This document shows positions 48,291 through 58,379 of a DNA stretch of 64,000 bases, piece after piece. The translations under genes and the position numbers were made by a program. Numbering within the stretch: the stretch's first letter is position 1; the number at the start of each line of letters is the position of its first letter. Origin of the DNA: an uncultured Lachnospiraceae bacterium (lineage in GTDB: Bacteria; Bacillota; Clostridia; Lachnospirales; Lachnospiraceae); contig CAJUPF010000006.1 of assembly GCA_910588565.1 (NCBI GenBank), positions 531 through 64,530 of the forward strand. The letters are read 5' to 3'. The notes beneath the pieces were generated by a model that worked only from the letters and a program-made list of their open reading frames with translations, searched no databases and was not told the DNA's origin.

Positions 48291-49433
48291 ATGCAAAAGA
48301 GATGTAGATGCTGTAGGGAAGAAATATCGGGAGAGCCGGTACTGAAATATTTTGATATGCCGGGAATGGCGCAAAATTTCCCGGACGAGGCGCATTTATC
48401 TGAAGATTCCAGCATAGATATCGAGCTGTATCAATGTGGGAATTGCGGCTTGATACAAATCCTAAGCGAGCCTGTAGTTTATTTCAGGGATGTGATTCGC
48501 GCATCCGCAGTATCGGATGAAATGAAGGTTTTTCGTTTGGAGTATTTTAAAGAATTTGTGGAAAAGTATGGATTGGCAGGTAAAAAGATTGTTGAAATTG
48601 GATGCGGTAAGGGTGAATTTTTAGAGCTGATGGCAAAGGCTGATGTGACAGCATATGGGATTGAACATGATTCGAGTTCCGTAAAAGTATGTATTGAACA
48701 CGGATTGTGCGTGACAGAAGAATTTATGGAACATGCGCAGCAGAAACTGGCAAATGCACCGTTTGACGCGTTTTTTATTATGAATTTTCTGGAACATATT
48801 CCAGAGCCGAATACATTTCTGCAGGGGATCTATCACAATTTGTCAAAAGATGCGATTGGGCTTATTGAAGTGCCTAATATGGATTTTATATTGGAAAACG
48901 CAATTTTTTCTGAGTTTATGGCAGATCACTTGATGTATTTTACAGAGCAGACGCTGCGGCTTTTATTGGAAAAAAACGGATTTGACGTATTGGAATGTAA
49001 GGCAGTGTGGCATAAATATTGTTTGGCTGCAGTTGTAAAAAAAAGGCCGGTTTTAAATTTAAATGGATTTTATGAAAGACAGGAACTTATTGTACATAGT
49101 ATTAATCATTTTATTTGGGAAAATCAAAATGAAGGACGTAAGATTGCTGTTTGGGGAGCAGGGCATCAGGCGCTTGCAGTGATTGCATTGTCGGGAATAA
49201 AAGATAAGATAGAATTTGTAGTGGATTCAGCTGTATTTAAGCAGAATAAGTATACGCCAGGAACCCATGTGTTTGTTATGGAACCGGAGGAACTACGCAG
49301 GCAGGGAATAGGCGCGGTTTTGATAATGGCGGCAAGTTATTCGGATGAAGTGGCAGGTATTGTCAGGAAGAACTATCAAAATATAACAATTGGAATTTTA
49401 AGGGATGATGGTGTTGAAGTCTGCCCGTTGTAA
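48291..49433 (+). CDS. NDP-hexose C-methyltransferase-like (TylCIII-type: Zn ribbon, class I SAM methyltransferase and a C-terminal domain)
   Basis: Start ATG 48291 after AGGAGAAAATA. CRCC...CGNCG zinc ribbon, VEIGCGKGEF SAM motif. Confidence 0.7.
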   Translation: MQKRCRCCREEISGEPVLKYFDMPGMAQNFPDEAHLSEDSSIDIELYQCGNCGLIQILSEPVVYFRDVIRASAVSDEMKVFRLEYFKEFVEKYGLAGKKIVEIGCGKGEFLELMAKADVTAYGIEHDSSSVKVCIEHGLCVTEEFMEHAQQKLANAPFDAFFIMNFLEHIPEPNTFLQGIYHNLSKDAIGLIEVPNMDFILENAIFSEFMADHLMYFTEQTLRLLLEKNGFDVLECKAVWHKYCLAAVVKKRPVLNLNGFYERQELIVHSINHFIWENQNEGRKIAVWGAGHQALAVIALSGIKDKIEFVVDSAVFKQNKYTPGTHVFVMEPEELRRQGIGAVLIMAASYSDEVAGIVRKNYQNITIGILRDDGVEVCPL

Positions 49434-49447
49434 AAAGGAGAGACAGT

Positions 49448-51913
49448 ATGTATTTTTATATTTTATGTCCAGCGGAATGTGAGTCGGGAGGCCCGGAGCT
49501 GGCGCATCAGCTCTGCCAGATATTAGTTGGATTGGGACATCAGGCATATATGTATTATGTGCGCGGAGGGCAGAAAGATCCAGTGGATGTGGATGCAGCT
49601 GAAAAATACCGGAAATATGGAACGGATCATGTAAGATGTATGCTTGATTTGAACATGGATTCCGTTGTTATTGTACCGGAAGCATTAACGACATGGATAC
49701 CGGAAATCCCGGCTGGAAGAAAAATTGTTTGGTGGATGAGCGTAGACGGTTATTTTACCAACACGGGAGGATCGAACCTGAATTATTTGGAAGAGCATGT
49801 GCCGTACCATCTTGTCCAGTCTCATTATGCCCAAAATTATTTGCTAAATAATACTAAGATTTCGGCGGACAAAATTCTGTTTTTGTCGGATTATATTGGA
49901 GATAGTTATGGGCAGTTCCTGTTTCCGGTACAATATCGCCAGAATATGGTTTTGTATAATCCGAAAAAGGGACTTGCTGATTTGTATCCGTTACTGACAG
50001 CGATTGAAGGAATCAAATGGGTTCCGCTTGAAAATATGACGGAAGAGCAGATGATTGTTATGATGCAGGCGGCTAAAGCATATATAGATTTTGGGCCGCA
50101 CCCTGGAAAAGACAGGATACCCAGAGAGGCTGCGAGCTGCGGCTGCTGCGTAGTTACGAATAAAAAGGGAAGCGCCGCATTTTATGAAGACGTGCCGATA
50201 CCGGATCATTATAAATTTGAAGACGTACAGGCTTCTTACTTTGAGATTGCGGTTTTGCTGAAAGATATATGTGATAATTATGAGTCCCATTTTTCTGATT
50301 TCGCAGAATATCGGAAGTTTATTGCAGGGGAGAAAGCGCAGTTTATAGAGGATGTACGAAAGATGACAGATATTTTTCGGGAAAAATTTGGCCCGGAAAG
50401 AAGGAATATTCTGCTGGTCAAAAGTATTACCCCGTACGATTCGTCCGGCAGATATATCGACGAGATGGCGGCTGCTATGCGAAAATGCGGCTGCAATACG
50501 TATGTGCTGGATGCATGGTCTTTGGCGTCGCCGGAGAGCTATAAGCAGATTATTTCTAACTGTAAATTTGACGCGGTAATTGATATAGTAGGGATGCTTT
50601 GTGATTACGGCGCGACGGAAAAACTGCCGGCAGGAACCATATATGGGATGTACCTTTGCGATCCGCCGAAAGCGTTTGATAAGAATCTGAAAAAGGCGGA
50701 TGACAGAACGGTTGTGTTTTGCTGTGATAATGATTTCCGGAATTATATAGATCGGTTTTACCAAAATATAAAACATACGGAGTTTATACCGTTATCAGGG
50801 AGCGCTTACCCAAAGACTATTCCCTATAAGGACAGAACCATAGATATTTTATTTACAGGTACGTATGAAGAGCCTGAGAACATAAGGCGGCACGCGCTTT
50901 CGCGATTTGAGGGAGGAACGCTGGCGGGGTTTTTGGAAGATATGTTTGCAGATATCAGGGTAAATACCTGGCATACGCTGGAAGATTGTCTTTCCGCTGT
51001 GTTACAGAACTATGGCCTGAATATAGATACAGTGGAATTTGACGAACTGATGGGAGAATTTATAGACGTTCAGTGGTATGCCAGAAGTTATTTTCGGGAC
51101 AAACTGATTCGTACATTGCTGGGCGCGGGATTAAAGATTCATGTATTTGGAAGCGGTTGGGGCACATTTTATTCCGAATGGAATGACAATCTGGTAATAC
51201 ATGAAGGAGGAGTTTATGCAGCGGCGAAAGCGCTGGCAAATGCTAAAATCTCATTGAATATTATGCCCTGGTTTAAAGATGGGTTTCAGGAAAGAATTGC
51301 GGCGGCTATGCTGAGTAAAGCGGTTGCGGTAACTGACGGAAGTAAATATATCGATGCGAATTTTAAGGATGGACAGGACTTGGTGATTTATTCGCTGCAG
51401 GACATGGAGATATTGGCAGAACGTATCAGGTATTTGCTCGTACACCCAAAAGAGGCGGAAAAAATTGCAGAAAACGGCTATAAGAAAGCGCAAAGCCATA
51501 CCTGGTTTTGCCGCGTGCAGGATATGCTGCGAAAGATGGAAGCGGATTTTGGAGTTCCTTTTATCCAGAATGGAGAAGGGCGGGAACTGCGGCTGGAAGC
51601 GGTATATCAGAAACAAAATATCATGTTATTGGACGCGGTTTACGAACTGAAGAAAATGGCTGATTTGGCGGATGGTATAGCGGAAATGGAAGAAGCAGCG
51701 GCAGTTGATCTTGAGCTGTTAATGAACCGGTATTTAAGTTTTACAAAACGGTTTGGGAATATTTTGGAGCTTCCGGAAATGAATGCGTATGTCTGGGATT
51801 GTATGCGTCGTGCGGAGCAGGAAATACCAGCGCATACGGCAGCATTTTTTTCAATACAGTGTCAGGCGATGATGAGTAATTTTTTGTTAAAAGTAAGCGG
51901 GTTGGAGCTGTAA
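49448..51913 (+). CDS. Two-module glycosyltransferase-like protein (N-terminal GT-B-like domain plus a C-terminal CgeB/DUF3880-like domain)
   Basis: The C-terminal ~500 aa is paralogous to the next two ORFs (shared NIMPWFKDGFQERIAAAMLSKAVAVTDGSKYI). Confidence 0.6.
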   Translation: MYFYILCPAECESGGPELAHQLCQILVGLGHQAYMYYVRGGQKDPVDVDAAEKYRKYGTDHVRCMLDLNMDSVVIVPEALTTWIPEIPAGRKIVWWMSVDGYFTNTGGSNLNYLEEHVPYHLVQSHYAQNYLLNNTKISADKILFLSDYIGDSYGQFLFPVQYRQNMVLYNPKKGLADLYPLLTAIEGIKWVPLENMTEEQMIVMMQAAKAYIDFGPHPGKDRIPREAASCGCCVVTNKKGSAAFYEDVPIPDHYKFEDVQASYFEIAVLLKDICDNYESHFSDFAEYRKFIAGEKAQFIEDVRKMTDIFREKFGPERRNILLVKSITPYDSSGRYIDEMAAAMRKCGCNTYVLDAWSLASPESYKQIISNCKFDAVIDIVGMLCDYGATEKLPAGTIYGMYLCDPPKAFDKNLKKADDRTVVFCCDNDFRNYIDRFYQNIKHTEFIPLSGSAYPKTIPYKDRTIDILFTGTYEEPENIRRHALSRFEGGTLAGFLEDMFADIRVNTWHTLEDCLSAVLQNYGLNIDTVEFDELMGEFIDVQWYARSYFRDKLIRTLLGAGLKIHVFGSGWGTFYSEWNDNLVIHEGGVYAAAKALANAKISLNIMPWFKDGFQERIAAAMLSKAVAVTDGSKYIDANFKDGQDLVIYSLQDMEILAERIRYLLVHPKEAEKIAENGYKKAQSHTWFCRVQDMLRKMEADFGVPFIQNGEGRELRLEAVYQKQNIMLLDAVYELKKMADLADGIAEMEEAAAVDLELLMNRYLSFTKRFGNILELPEMNAYVWDCMRRAEQEIPAHTAAFFSIQCQAMMSNFLLKVSGLEL

Positions 51914-51972
51914 AGCGGGTTGGACTGACATGAAACAGATGAAAGAGAACCTGAAAAACTGCGGGGGATAAG

Positions 51973-53502
51973 ATGGAGAAAATGAAAAATATTTTATTGG
52001 TAAAGACTTTGTCGCGGTATGGATCGGTGGATAATTATATTGATAAAATAGCGGCCGGTATACGGAAAGCAGGCTGTAATACATGTGTTCTGGATGTGTG
52101 GTCCCTGGCGTCGCCAATGCATTATAATCACATGCTTTCAGCCTGTAAGTTTGATGTGGTAATGGATGTGAATGGGATGCTCTATAAGTATGGGGCGCCG
52201 GGAAACCTGCCCAAGGGAACGCTCTATGGGACATATCTCTGCGATCCCCCCAAACCGTTGAGCAGGCAGCTTGAGATGGCGGATGACAGAACGGTTGTTT
52301 TTAGCTGTGATAATGATTTCCGGTCTTATATCGATCGGTTTTATTCCAATGTAAAACATGTGGATTTTATTCCGTTATCCGGGGAGGCTTATCCGGAATA
52401 TATCCCGTTTGAAAACAGGAGTTTCGATATTATATTTACAGGAACGTATGAGAATCCGGAAAAAATAAAAGAAAAAACGTTTGAACAGATACAAGGAAGG
52501 GAAGAACTTGTAAAACTTGCGGAGGATATGTTTGAGGATATTATAACAAATTCCCATCATACGCTGGAAGCGTGTCTTTCGTCTGTTTTAAACAGGCAGA
52601 ACCGGAACGTAAGTAAAGAAGAATTTGATGGATTGATGGGAGGGTTAATGGGGGTACACTGGTATGCCCGCAGTTATTTCCGGGATAAACTGATCCGCAC
52701 TTTATTAGAAGCTGGAATACAGATTCACGTGTTTGGAAACGGATGGGATACCTTCTGCTGTGAATGGAAGAACAATCTTATCCCGCATAAAGGCGGGTTT
52801 TATGCAGCCAGGAAAGCGCTGGCAAACGCAAAAATAGCGTTAAATATTATGCCGTGGTTTAAAGATGGATTCCAGGAAAGAATTGCTTCGGCTATGCTCA
52901 GTAAAGCGGTTGCAGTAACAGATGGGAGTAAATATATCCAGGATAATTTTGAAGACGGCAAAGAACTGGTGATATATGCTTTAGGAGATATCGGCGCGTT
53001 GGCAGATCGTATCCGATATCTGCTGGCTCACCCAAAAGAAGCGGAAGCGATTGCCCATAGAGGATATGAAAAAATACAAAACCATACGTGGGAGGAACGT
53101 GCGCACGATATGCTCCGAAAGCTGGAAGCAGATTTTTCAGTTTCCCTGGTTGGGCGGCAGGAAGGAAGGGAGCTGGAATTTGATATGGAATATCCGGATC
53201 AAAGAACCCTTCTCTTAGACGCGGTATATGAATTAAAAAAGCTGGCTGATTTTGTGGATCGTGATTTGGGGATTGCAGAAAAATTGTCAGGGACGGATGT
53301 AAGATATTTAAGGAGCAGGTTTGCGCGTTTTAACAAGCAATTTGGCGGCCGCGTAAACGGGATGGAAGTAAATCCGTATGTCTGGAAGCTTATGGAAAAG
53401 CCGGATGGCGATGTTCCAAAGCATTCGTTTGAACTTTTTTCTATGCAGCTTAAGGCTTTGATGAGTAAATTGCTGTTAAATATAAATGGATTCAATATAT
53501 AA
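51973..53502 (+). CDS. CgeB/DUF3880-like glycosyltransferase family protein (paralog 2)
   Basis: Roughly 60% identical by eye to residues ~320-821 of the previous ORF. Confidence 0.6.
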   Translation: MEKMKNILLVKTLSRYGSVDNYIDKIAAGIRKAGCNTCVLDVWSLASPMHYNHMLSACKFDVVMDVNGMLYKYGAPGNLPKGTLYGTYLCDPPKPLSRQLEMADDRTVVFSCDNDFRSYIDRFYSNVKHVDFIPLSGEAYPEYIPFENRSFDIIFTGTYENPEKIKEKTFEQIQGREELVKLAEDMFEDIITNSHHTLEACLSSVLNRQNRNVSKEEFDGLMGGLMGVHWYARSYFRDKLIRTLLEAGIQIHVFGNGWDTFCCEWKNNLIPHKGGFYAARKALANAKIALNIMPWFKDGFQERIASAMLSKAVAVTDGSKYIQDNFEDGKELVIYALGDIGALADRIRYLLAHPKEAEAIAHRGYEKIQNHTWEERAHDMLRKLEADFSVSLVGRQEGRELEFDMEYPDQRTLLLDAVYELKKLADFVDRDLGIAEKLSGTDVRYLRSRFARFNKQFGGRVNGMEVNPYVWKLMEKPDGDVPKHSFELFSMQLKALMSKLLLNINGFNI

Positions 53503-53553
53503 GCGTTATTTTAATATAAATGATTAACATAGTAATCTGGGAGGAATGATAAA

Positions 53554-55947
53554 ATGCCGAATGTTTTGCTGGTAAAAGGAGATTCACAGTACAGCGCCAT
53601 GCGTAATTATATAGACGAGATAGAAATGGGATTTCGTATGGCTGGTTATCATACAGTCGTGTTAGATGTAACAGAGGAATCATGGAAATTTCAGTATGCA
53701 GAAATGATGAACAGTCTTAGAATCGATATTACTTTTGTTTGTAATGCAATTTTAACAAAGCCGTTGGGACAGGCATATTATATGACTTATCTGGCGGATC
53801 ATCCGGCATTTCATAAACATCGGTTAGAGGGGCTGAACGACAGGTCAATCGTCTTTGTTTGCGACAGGCGTCATAAATCGTATATGGAACGGTATTGTCC
53901 TAATATAAAATATGTGGAATATATTCCGTTATCCGGAGAAGCCGTAAAACGGCATATACCATATCGGGAACGCACCAGGGACATTGTGTTTACAGGAAGT
54001 TATAAAAAGCCGGAAGAAGCCTATCATGAAATTTTTACATGCGATCCGGCCTGCCATGAAATGTTACGGTATATGGCGGATAGTATAATAGAAAATCCAC
54101 AGCAGGATCTGGAAATGTGTCTGCAGAATTGCCTGGATTATTTTGGATTAGAAGTATCCAGGCAGGAATTTGATTCTTATATGGAAGGATTCAGAGTGGT
54201 AGACGCATATGCAAGAATTTTTTATCGGGATAAAATGATCCGGTGTTTAGTAGAAAGCGGATTGCAGGTGCATGTGTTTGGAAATGGGTGGGAAGCATTT
54301 GAAGGAAATGGGAAAGAGAATCTGATTGTTGAAGCGGGCGATTATTATGTAGCCAGAAAAGCAGTTGCAGATTCAAAAATTTCAATTAATATTATGCCTT
54401 GGTTTAAAGATGGATTTCAAGAACGGATCGCTGCGGCAATGTTGAGCGGAGCCGTTGCTGTGACAGATGAGAGCAGGTATATCCGGGAGAATTTTACAGA
54501 CGGAAAAGAAATGGTGTTTTATTCTTTGCAAAAGCTTGAAGAGCTTCCCGGCAAGATAGAGTGGCTGCTAAATCATCCGGATTGTGCGGAAGAGATAGCT
54601 TTAACCGGGAAAGTGCGCGCGCAGAAGGAAATGACCTGGCAGCATCGTACATTTGAAATGATACGATATATGCAGGAATGCTTTTCGCTGCCGGCGCCTT
54701 TGAAAGGTAAGTTTGGGGAAATTCTTCCTATTTCATACAACATATTTCATGAACGCAATATGTTATTGGATGCCGTGGCTCAATTTAACGAAATCATTGC
54801 AATGGTTTCTAATGTGAAATTATACAGTAAAATGGAATTGGAGGATGTAGACTATTTTTATACGAGATTTCTTACTTTATTTGTAAAAATTAACGCCAAT
54901 TTTCCGGAGATTCGTTATTCTGAGTATATCTATCAATTGTTAACAAATTTAGCCGAAGGTCAGGCGGATTTGGGTACAGAATTATTGCTACTGGAATGCA
55001 TGCACATGCTTTCTGTATTTTTGACGATGGAAAATGAACAATTGAAGAAAGAGAAGGATATACTGCAATTGCAGGTGAAACAGGGAAATTCCAGGCCAAA
55101 TCAGTTTGCACAGCAAATGCTTATTCGTAAATTGAAATTAAAGTATCAGGAATCGGGAGATAAAGATATTCAGGAAATCTTACGAAATATCGAAAAAAAT
55201 CAGTCTGTAGAGGCATATAATCAGGATTTTGCAGACAAATACAAATATGCGGATAAACGATTAAACGAGGTTTGGTATGATCCGGAAGCCGAGATGCATT
55301 TTACCCTTTGGAACGGCAAAAAAATCTATTATCCGAAAGGGTATACCAAAGAAGAGGTGGCACTGGCGATTAACTTTGTGTACCTGGAACAGGATTTGGA
55401 CTCGCCGCACCGTTACCTGGACGATACGTTTTCTGTAGACGAAGGGGATATTGTAGTAGACGCCGGAGTTGCCGAGGGAAACTTTGCTTTAGAAATAATA
55501 GAAAAAGTAAAAAAAGTTTATTTAGTGGAATGCGAACATAAATGGATCGAAGCGCTGCAAAAAACGTTTGAGCCATGGAGGGAGAAAGTTGTTATAGTTG
55601 AAAAAATGCTGGGTGATGCAGATAATGAAACTTGTGCGAGCCTGGATCAGATCGTGGAAGAGGGTTATGTAAATTTCCTTAAATTGGATGTTGAGGGAGC
55701 GGAAGTTCCCGCGTTAGAAGGGGCGTCTAAAATTCTGTCTGACAGCAGAAATGTAAAATGTGCCATTTGTTCATATCATCGGAAGAATGCAGAAAGGGAT
55801 ATTCGGGAAATTCTGGAAGCGCATCATTTTTATACGTCAACGACAAAAGGATATATGTTTTTTAAGGAGGATATGGATAGTTGGATAGCCGGTGATCTTC
55901 GGCATGGCATTGTCAGGGGAGTGAAGCAGGAGTGGAAAAGGAACTAA
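53554..55947 (+). CDS. CgeB/DUF3880-like glycosyltransferase domain fused via a coiled coil to a C-terminal FkbM methyltransferase (paralog 3)
   Basis: NIMPWFKDGFQERIAAAMLSGAVAVTDESRYI. C-terminal VVDAGVAEGNFA...LKLDVEGAEVPAL. Confidence 0.6.
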   Translation: MPNVLLVKGDSQYSAMRNYIDEIEMGFRMAGYHTVVLDVTEESWKFQYAEMMNSLRIDITFVCNAILTKPLGQAYYMTYLADHPAFHKHRLEGLNDRSIVFVCDRRHKSYMERYCPNIKYVEYIPLSGEAVKRHIPYRERTRDIVFTGSYKKPEEAYHEIFTCDPACHEMLRYMADSIIENPQQDLEMCLQNCLDYFGLEVSRQEFDSYMEGFRVVDAYARIFYRDKMIRCLVESGLQVHVFGNGWEAFEGNGKENLIVEAGDYYVARKAVADSKISINIMPWFKDGFQERIAAAMLSGAVAVTDESRYIRENFTDGKEMVFYSLQKLEELPGKIEWLLNHPDCAEEIALTGKVRAQKEMTWQHRTFEMIRYMQECFSLPAPLKGKFGEILPISYNIFHERNMLLDAVAQFNEIIAMVSNVKLYSKMELEDVDYFYTRFLTLFVKINANFPEIRYSEYIYQLLTNLAEGQADLGTELLLLECMHMLSVFLTMENEQLKKEKDILQLQVKQGNSRPNQFAQQMLIRKLKLKYQESGDKDIQEILRNIEKNQSVEAYNQDFADKYKYADKRLNEVWYDPEAEMHFTLWNGKKIYYPKGYTKEEVALAINFVYLEQDLDSPHRYLDDTFSVDEGDIVVDAGVAEGNFALEIIEKVKKVYLVECEHKWIEALQKTFEPWREKVVIVEKMLGDADNETCASLDQIVEEGYVNFLKLDVEGAEVPALEGASKILSDSRNVKCAICSYHRKNAERDIREILEAHHFYTSTTKGYMFFKEDMDSWIAGDLRHGIVRGVKQEWKRN

Positions 55948-57536
55948 AAGAAATCTGCAGAGAGATAGAATGTGAAATAAAGCGTATCAGAGCGGATGAA
56001 GTAAGCGGGAGACTGGCGCTGCAGATGAGAGAGTTTGCCCAAATATACCGGAAGCTTCCCGAAATACAAAAAAGAGAAGCGCTTTGGAACGCAGCTGGCA
56101 GGATCGATAAAGAAAAATATCTGTCTGCGATATATATGTATTCTGTTTTAACATTTTATATCCACGAAAGGAAGTGGATGGTTGAGCTGTTGGAAATTAT
56201 CTTAAACTCACCGGGGCTGCGCGCAGATACATTGTATTTTTTGTACTGGCAGATAGCGGCCAGATTTGTGAATGATCCTGAATGTGAATCAGAAACTGGT
56301 AAAGCGCTGCATTGGAAATTGTTTCAACGTATATGTAACATGTATGCCAAGAACGTACGAGGATTGGAATGGATAAAACAGGAAGACAGGAACAGGGAAT
56401 TTGTGGTTGTAATCATGACGCAGTATGCAGGAGTCGGCTTACATGGCCCTTCAAAGACAGCGCTGGATCGTTGCAGAGTGTTAATTGAAGTTATGCGTAA
56501 GCGGGTGCTGCTTATAAATACTGCCGAAGCAGGTTCTATGAGAGGCTGTATTCCTTTCATTGGGATGTTTGTTCCAGAGTATATGGAAGAATTGTGCAAT
56601 GAGGAATATTTGGAATGGAAAACTGTGAAAGTTCCTTTTTTTCAATGTGAGAATAATATGCCTGATATAAATGTGCTGCAGCTTTTGTCAGAGAAAATAA
56701 CAGGCTTAAAACCGCAGTTTATTTTAGAAATAGGAACGGGGAGCATACTTGCGAATCTGCTTAGCCGCAGTTTTCCTGTTTTATCGGTTGTTACAGGATT
56801 TTCCAGGTTATCGGTGACTGAGACACAATACCAGGTATCCGCAGCCGCCATAACCGATAAGGAACGCTGGATATTATCGCAGGTGGGAAAAGAGCAAAAT
56901 CATGTAATACCATCTGTATTTACATTTGGCTTAGCAAAGCAGCAGATGTTTTTAAACAGAAATGAACTGGGACTGCCTGATAATAAATTTTTAATTGCAG
57001 TTGTGGGGACGCGGCTGGACAGGGAAATAGACGACGCGTTTATGAAGATGTTATGTCAGGTTGATAATGCTGGTATAGGATGTGTATTTATTGGCGAATT
57101 TGAAAATTTCAACAGTTATATACAAAAGTATTCTGAATTGGACAAATGCATGTATTATCTTGGGTCATGTAATGATGTGCTTGCAGTATTAGAAGTATGC
57201 GATCTGTTTGTTAACCCGATCCGTTTGGGCGGCGGAACATCGGCGGCAGAGGCAATGAGCAAAGGGCTTCCAGTGGTCTCTACCGCTTATGGCGACGTAG
57301 GCGTTACAGTGGGAGAATCATTTTGGGTGGAAGATTATTGTGAAATGGCAAAGTTTATAAACAGATATCAGCAGGATAAATCATTTTATAAAATACAATC
57401 TGAACTGGCAAAGAAAAGATCAGAACTTCTGTTAGATACAGATCGGGAATTTGTAAATGTGATCAGAGAGTTTGGCAAAAGGATGGGAGAACATTACGCT
57501 GACGCGGCTTTGCATCGGAAGGAAAGAGAGTCCTGA
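55932..57536 (+). CDS. GT-B (GT1/GT4-like) glycosyltransferase with a helical N-terminal region (GTG start)
   Basis: C-terminal NPIRLGGGTSAAEAMSKGLPVVS. Confidence 0.55.
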   Translation: MEKELKEICREIECEIKRIRADEVSGRLALQMREFAQIYRKLPEIQKREALWNAAGRIDKEKYLSAIYMYSVLTFYIHERKWMVELLEIILNSPGLRADTLYFLYWQIAARFVNDPECESETGKALHWKLFQRICNMYAKNVRGLEWIKQEDRNREFVVVIMTQYAGVGLHGPSKTALDRCRVLIEVMRKRVLLINTAEAGSMRGCIPFIGMFVPEYMEELCNEEYLEWKTVKVPFFQCENNMPDINVLQLLSEKITGLKPQFILEIGTGSILANLLSRSFPVLSVVTGFSRLSVTETQYQVSAAAITDKERWILSQVGKEQNHVIPSVFTFGLAKQQMFLNRNELGLPDNKFLIAVVGTRLDREIDDAFMKMLCQVDNAGIGCVFIGEFENFNSYIQKYSELDKCMYYLGSCNDVLAVLEVCDLFVNPIRLGGGTSAAEAMSKGLPVVSTAYGDVGVTVGESFWVEDYCEMAKFINRYQQDKSFYKIQSELAKKRSELLLDTDREFVNVIREFGKRMGEHYADAALHRKERES

Positions 57537-57563
57537 TTGGATAACAGTTTGAGGGAAAAACAT

Positions 57564-58340
57564 ATGAAAGTAGTAATTTTAGCAGGCGGACTGCCAAGCA
57601 CGTTAATTGAAGAAGATGAGAAAATTCCAAAACCCATGGCGGAAATTGGAGGAAGGCCGATTTTATGGCATATTATGAAGCAATATGCCCATTATGGCTG
57701 CAAAGATTTTATCATTTGCACGGGTTACAAAGGAGAAATGATAAAAGAGTATTTTATGAATTTTTACATCTATCAGTCGGATATTACGGTGGATTTGCAG
57801 TCCAACCAAATAGAAATCCATAAAAAAAGAACGGAAGACTGGAAGGTGACGGTGATAAATACTGGAAGGCATTCTTCGGTATCAGAACGTATTTTATGTA
57901 TTCGGGAACTTTTACAGGAGGAACCGTTTCTTGTGACTTATGGGGACTGCGTATCGGATATTGATATAGCGAAGATGATAAGGCAGCATAGAAGCGGGGG
58001 CAGAGCCGCTACCTTTGCAGCGGCATATCCGACTGGCAGAAACAAAATTCTTCCCATTAATCGGAACGGAGATCTTGACATATTTGCAGATCCATCTTTC
58101 AGCAGCACCCCCTGGGTAAATGCCTGCAGCATGGTATTTGAGCCAGGGATATTTCATTATTTGGACAGAGGCGAGACGCTGTTGGGGGAGCGAATGTTAA
58201 GGCGCCTGTCAGCGCGGGATGACGTCTCTGTATACTGCCATGAAGGTTTCTGGTCGCCTATGGAAACCATTCGCGACAAAACTCTGCTGGAATATATGTG
58301 GAATACAAATCAGGCGCCATGGAAAGTATGGGAAGATTAA
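57564..58340 (+). CDS. Glucose-1-phosphate cytidylyltransferase-like protein with a degenerate nucleotide-binding signature
   Basis: Start ATG 57564 (MKVVILAGG). Overall close to RfbF (PKPMAEIGGRPILWHIMKQY..., GFWSPMET), but it reads GGLPSTL where RfbF has GGxGTRL. Confidence 0.7.
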   Translation: MKVVILAGGLPSTLIEEDEKIPKPMAEIGGRPILWHIMKQYAHYGCKDFIICTGYKGEMIKEYFMNFYIYQSDITVDLQSNQIEIHKKRTEDWKVTVINTGRHSSVSERILCIRELLQEEPFLVTYGDCVSDIDIAKMIRQHRSGGRAATFAAAYPTGRNKILPINRNGDLDIFADPSFSSTPWVNACSMVFEPGIFHYLDRGETLLGERMLRRLSARDDVSVYCHEGFWSPMETIRDKTLLEYMWNTNQAPWKVWED

Positions 58341-58379
58341 GGGGAAAAGAGAACGATTACGATTTCATGAAAAGGACGG

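Noticed and set aside
49991-50776. Long antisense ORFs: 49991-50776 (261 aa), 58542-59072 (176 aa), 11225-11737, 10703-11197, 5431-5934, 47475-47882 and many shorter ones
   Set aside because: All are embedded opposite strongly supported plus-strand genes. They have odd, Ser/Arg/Ile-rich, repetitive translations and no recognisable motifs.
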